From assembly GCA_021787475.1 (NCBI GenBank), contig JAJYLW010000009.1, positions 7,722 through 71,721 of the forward strand: a stretch of 64,000 nt of DNA, in the 5' to 3' direction. Each line of letters starts with the position of its first letter. Within the stretch, counting starts at the first letter, position 1. Source of the DNA: Actinomycetes bacterium. Its GTDB lineage: Bacteria > Actinomycetota > Thermoleophilia > BMS3ABIN01. The translations under genes and the position numbers were made by a program. The notes under the pieces were generated by a model. It was not told the origin of the DNA and did no database searches. It saw only the letters and a program-made list of their open reading frames with translations. Below are positions 61,880 through 64,000 of the stretch, in pieces.

Positions 61880-63295
61880 TTAACGGCAGGCCAGCTTCTC
61901 CGAAACTGCCCGGGCCGCCACGACGCCCGAGGCGGCGGCCTGCACAAGGCCGCGGGTGACGCCGGCGCCGTCGCCAACAGCATAGAGGTTCTTCACCTTC
62001 GTCTCCAGTGACTTGCTCAGCTTCAGCCGAGCCGAGTAGAACTTTACCTCGACGCCGTATAGCAGCGTCTCGCGCGCGTTGACGCCCGGCACAAGCTCGT
62101 CCATTGCTTCAAGCATGTCAAGAATATTGCGGAGGTGGCGGAAGGGCAACACAAAGGAAAGGTCGCCGGGGGTGCATTTCATCAACGTCGGCCGCACGGT
62201 GCTGCGCTCCAGGCGGGCCGTCGTTGTCCTCTGGCCGATCTGCAGGTCGCCGAGGCGCTGCACGATGATGTCTTCGCCCAGCAAGTTGGCCAGCCGGGCG
62301 ATGGAGCGCCCGTAGGAAAGCGGATCCTTGAACGGCTCCGTGAACCTGGTGCTGACCAGCAACGCAAAGTTGGTATAACCGGAGCCATGGTCGCTGTAGC
62401 TGTGGCCGTTGACGGTGATCACCTCGCCGTAAGCCTCCTTGGAGACATAGCCCTCCGGGTTCATGCAGAAAGTGCGCACCTGATCCTCAAACGTCTTTGA
62501 GTAATGCAGCAGCTTGGCCTCGTAGAGAGCGTCCGTCAACGGCTTCATGATCAACGATGGCACCTCAACTCTGACGCCGATGTCAACAGCATTGTTGATC
62601 ATGCCGATGCCGAGCGCCTGCGCCTGGCCGGCGAACCAGTTCGCGCCTTCCCGGCCGGGAGCGGCAATGACCGCCCCGGCCGTGATCGCAGTTCCGTCCT
62701 CCAGCTCAACACCGGCCGCCGCGCCGGACTCAACCAGGATCCCGCCCACCGGCGTGCGCGTCGCCACCTCAACCTTGCCGTCCAGGTCGTCGCGCATCGC
62801 CTGCAGCACCGCGGGGCAGCGGTCGGTGCCCATATGACGGATGGGGTCGGCGATCAACTTAAGGCCGGCAAGCATGGCCCGCTGCCGGATTTCCTCGACA
62901 AGGTCGCGGTCGGCGCCGTGGACGTGGTGGGGGGCGCCGAACTTGAGGAAGACCTTGTCAACATAGTCAATCAGCCGGACAAGCTCTCGCTGACCGACAA
63001 ACTCCGCCAGCCAGCCGCCCACTTCCGGCGACAGCGTCAGTTTGCCATCGCTGAAGGCGCCGGCGCCGCCCCAGCCGCATGTGATCGAGCACGGGCGGCA
63101 GCCAATCTCGCAGCCGGCCAGGCGCTCCCCCCGGACTGGGCATTTGCGCTTTGCCATCTCAAAACCCTTCTCCAGGACAAGCACCCGCCAGCCATTTTTG
63201 CGGGTAAGCTCCAGCGCGGCAAAGATGCCGGCAGGTCCGGCGCCAATGATGACGGCGTCATACTTCTCTTTGCTAAATTTGTGGCGGGGAGTCAC
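61880..63295 (-). CDS. FAD-dependent oxidoreductase (COG2509-like, Cys-cluster containing)
   Basis: N-terminal Rossmann FAD motif YDAVIIGAGPAGIFAA, Cys-rich segment CPVRGERLAGCEIGCRPCSITCGWGGAG, and C-terminal FAD-binding GDGAG. Confidence 0.65.
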   Translation of the reverse strand: MTPRHKFSKEKYDAVIIGAGPAGIFAALELTRKNGWRVLVLEKGFEMAKRKCPVRGERLAGCEIGCRPCSITCGWGGAGAFSDGKLTLSPEVGGWLAEFVGQRELVRLIDYVDKVFLKFGAPHHVHGADRDLVEEIRQRAMLAGLKLIADPIRHMGTDRCPAVLQAMRDDLDGKVEVATRTPVGGILVESGAAAGVELEDGTAITAGAVIAAPGREGANWFAGQAQALGIGMINNAVDIGVRVEVPSLIMKPLTDALYEAKLLHYSKTFEDQVRTFCMNPEGYVSKEAYGEVITVNGHSYSDHGSGYTNFALLVSTRFTEPFKDPLSYGRSIARLANLLGEDIIVQRLGDLQIGQRTTTARLERSTVRPTLMKCTPGDLSFVLPFRHLRNILDMLEAMDELVPGVNARETLLYGVEVKFYSARLKLSKSLETKVKNLYAVGDGAGVTRGLVQAAASGVVAARAVSEKLACR

Positions 63296-63453
63296 ACTGC
63301 ATATTCTATCAAAGCAGGCTGATGCCGGCGCCGCCCGGGCGCATTGGCGTCAACTTCAACCGGGCAGCAACAGCACGGCTGCCAGAGCCAGAAGCAAGGC
63401 CAGCGGCGCCAGCCAGCCGGCGGCCTCAGCGGGAAAAAATCTCACCGGGGCAC

Positions 63454-63741
63454 CTATGCCTTGATGTCTGCGATCAGCTGGTCGACAGGCACAGCCGGCA
63501 TTGTTTGCAGCTGCACCGATCCCCGCGAGCCAATCTCCACTGACATCTTCACGATAGCGTCGTTGTTATCCGCTTCCAGGATGTTGACAAAATCATACTG
63601 CCCCAGCACCGCGTACTGGGCCAGCACCTTGACGCCCATGCCCTCCAGGTCGTGGTTGACCTCCTTGATTCGCTCCGGATTATTCTTGATTGTCTTGCTA
63701 CCCTCATCCGTCAGTTTGCTCAGCGCAACGTAGACAGGCAT
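63454..63741 (-). CDS. GYD-domain protein
   Basis: 95 aa in the GYD family pattern (ILEADNNDAIVKMSVEIGSRGSV). Confidence 0.55.
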   Translation of the reverse strand: MPVYVALSKLTDEGSKTIKNNPERIKEVNHDLEGMGVKVLAQYAVLGQYDFVNILEADNNDAIVKMSVEIGSRGSVQLQTMPAVPVDQLIADIKA

Positions 63742-63900
63742 GCCTTCTCCTTTCTTCAGGGGTTGACATCAATTCCCGCGCGGGGGAAAGCGTCTGCAGC
63801 ACGAAAGACAAACTACCCACAAGCGGGCTGGCTTAATCTCCGGCGTGATGCGGTATAGAATTGTTTATAGCCGCGTTACGAGTCTGATGAGGAGTTCCTG

Positions 63901-64000
63901 ATGCCGGATCCGGCGAAACCCCTCCTGAAAATAATCCAGTTTACCGATCCATACTGCACCTGGTGCTGGGGATCCGAGCCGGTCATGCGGCACATTGAGA
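63901..64000 (+). CDS. DsbA-like thioredoxin-fold protein, 5' partial (runs off the window)
   Basis: MPDPAKPLLKIIQFTDPYCTWCWGSEPVMRHIE with a CxxC active site. Confidence 0.5.
   Translation, partial: MPDPAKPLLKIIQFTDPYCTWCWGSEPVMRHIE

Overview
This is a 64-kb window from a GC-rich (~62%) bacterium. Its core genes (mtnP, ligA, clpB, malic enzyme, two-subunit class I fumarase, tkt, and a near-complete purine cluster purH-N-M-F-L-Q-S-C-B/E-D/A) surround a mosaic mobile region lying between the tmRNA gene (ssrA, 25470-25827) and a tRNA-Val/Glu/Lys cluster (42701-43110). The main finding is a roughly 14.7-kb element at 25851-40534 that carries a family-B DNA polymerase (exonuclease motifs I-III and polymerase motifs A/B/C; 27815-30778), an HNH nuclease, and a stand-alone Cas1 homologue (34960-36351). 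No CRISPR array or other cas genes are present. The element is bounded by 400-457-bp terminal inverted repeats and a 14-bp direct target-site duplication (CCTCTGAAAATGCC) that begins 10 nt downstream of the tmRNA CCA end. This is the architecture of a casposon, a Cas1-dependent self-synthesizing transposon. Degenerate copies of the ends and of a tRNA-like 3' end lie further downstream (39001-39312, 42367-42447), together with AT-rich cargo carrying a HepT/MntA-like toxin-antitoxin pair, a NYN nuclease, and ParB-like and putative Mom-like GNAT genes. Outside the island I noted five things. (1) Phased heptad GTTTC/GAAAC repeat arrays with dyad architecture sit in three promoter regions (ligA/HK, purC/purB, purB/msrA). 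(2) A 22-bp palindrome occurs twice, once as a bidirectional terminator. (3) There is a hybrid sensor kinase with a periplasmic CxxCH motif, a release-factor-like (baeRF) protein plus DUF1385 operon, and a membrane serine protease with a cytoplasmic zinc ribbon. (4) Three genes appear degraded: a NhaP Na+/H+ antiporter, an ABC ATPase and a nucleotidyltransferase. (5) There is a candidate leaderless promoter for malic enzyme and a purM start-codon anomaly.
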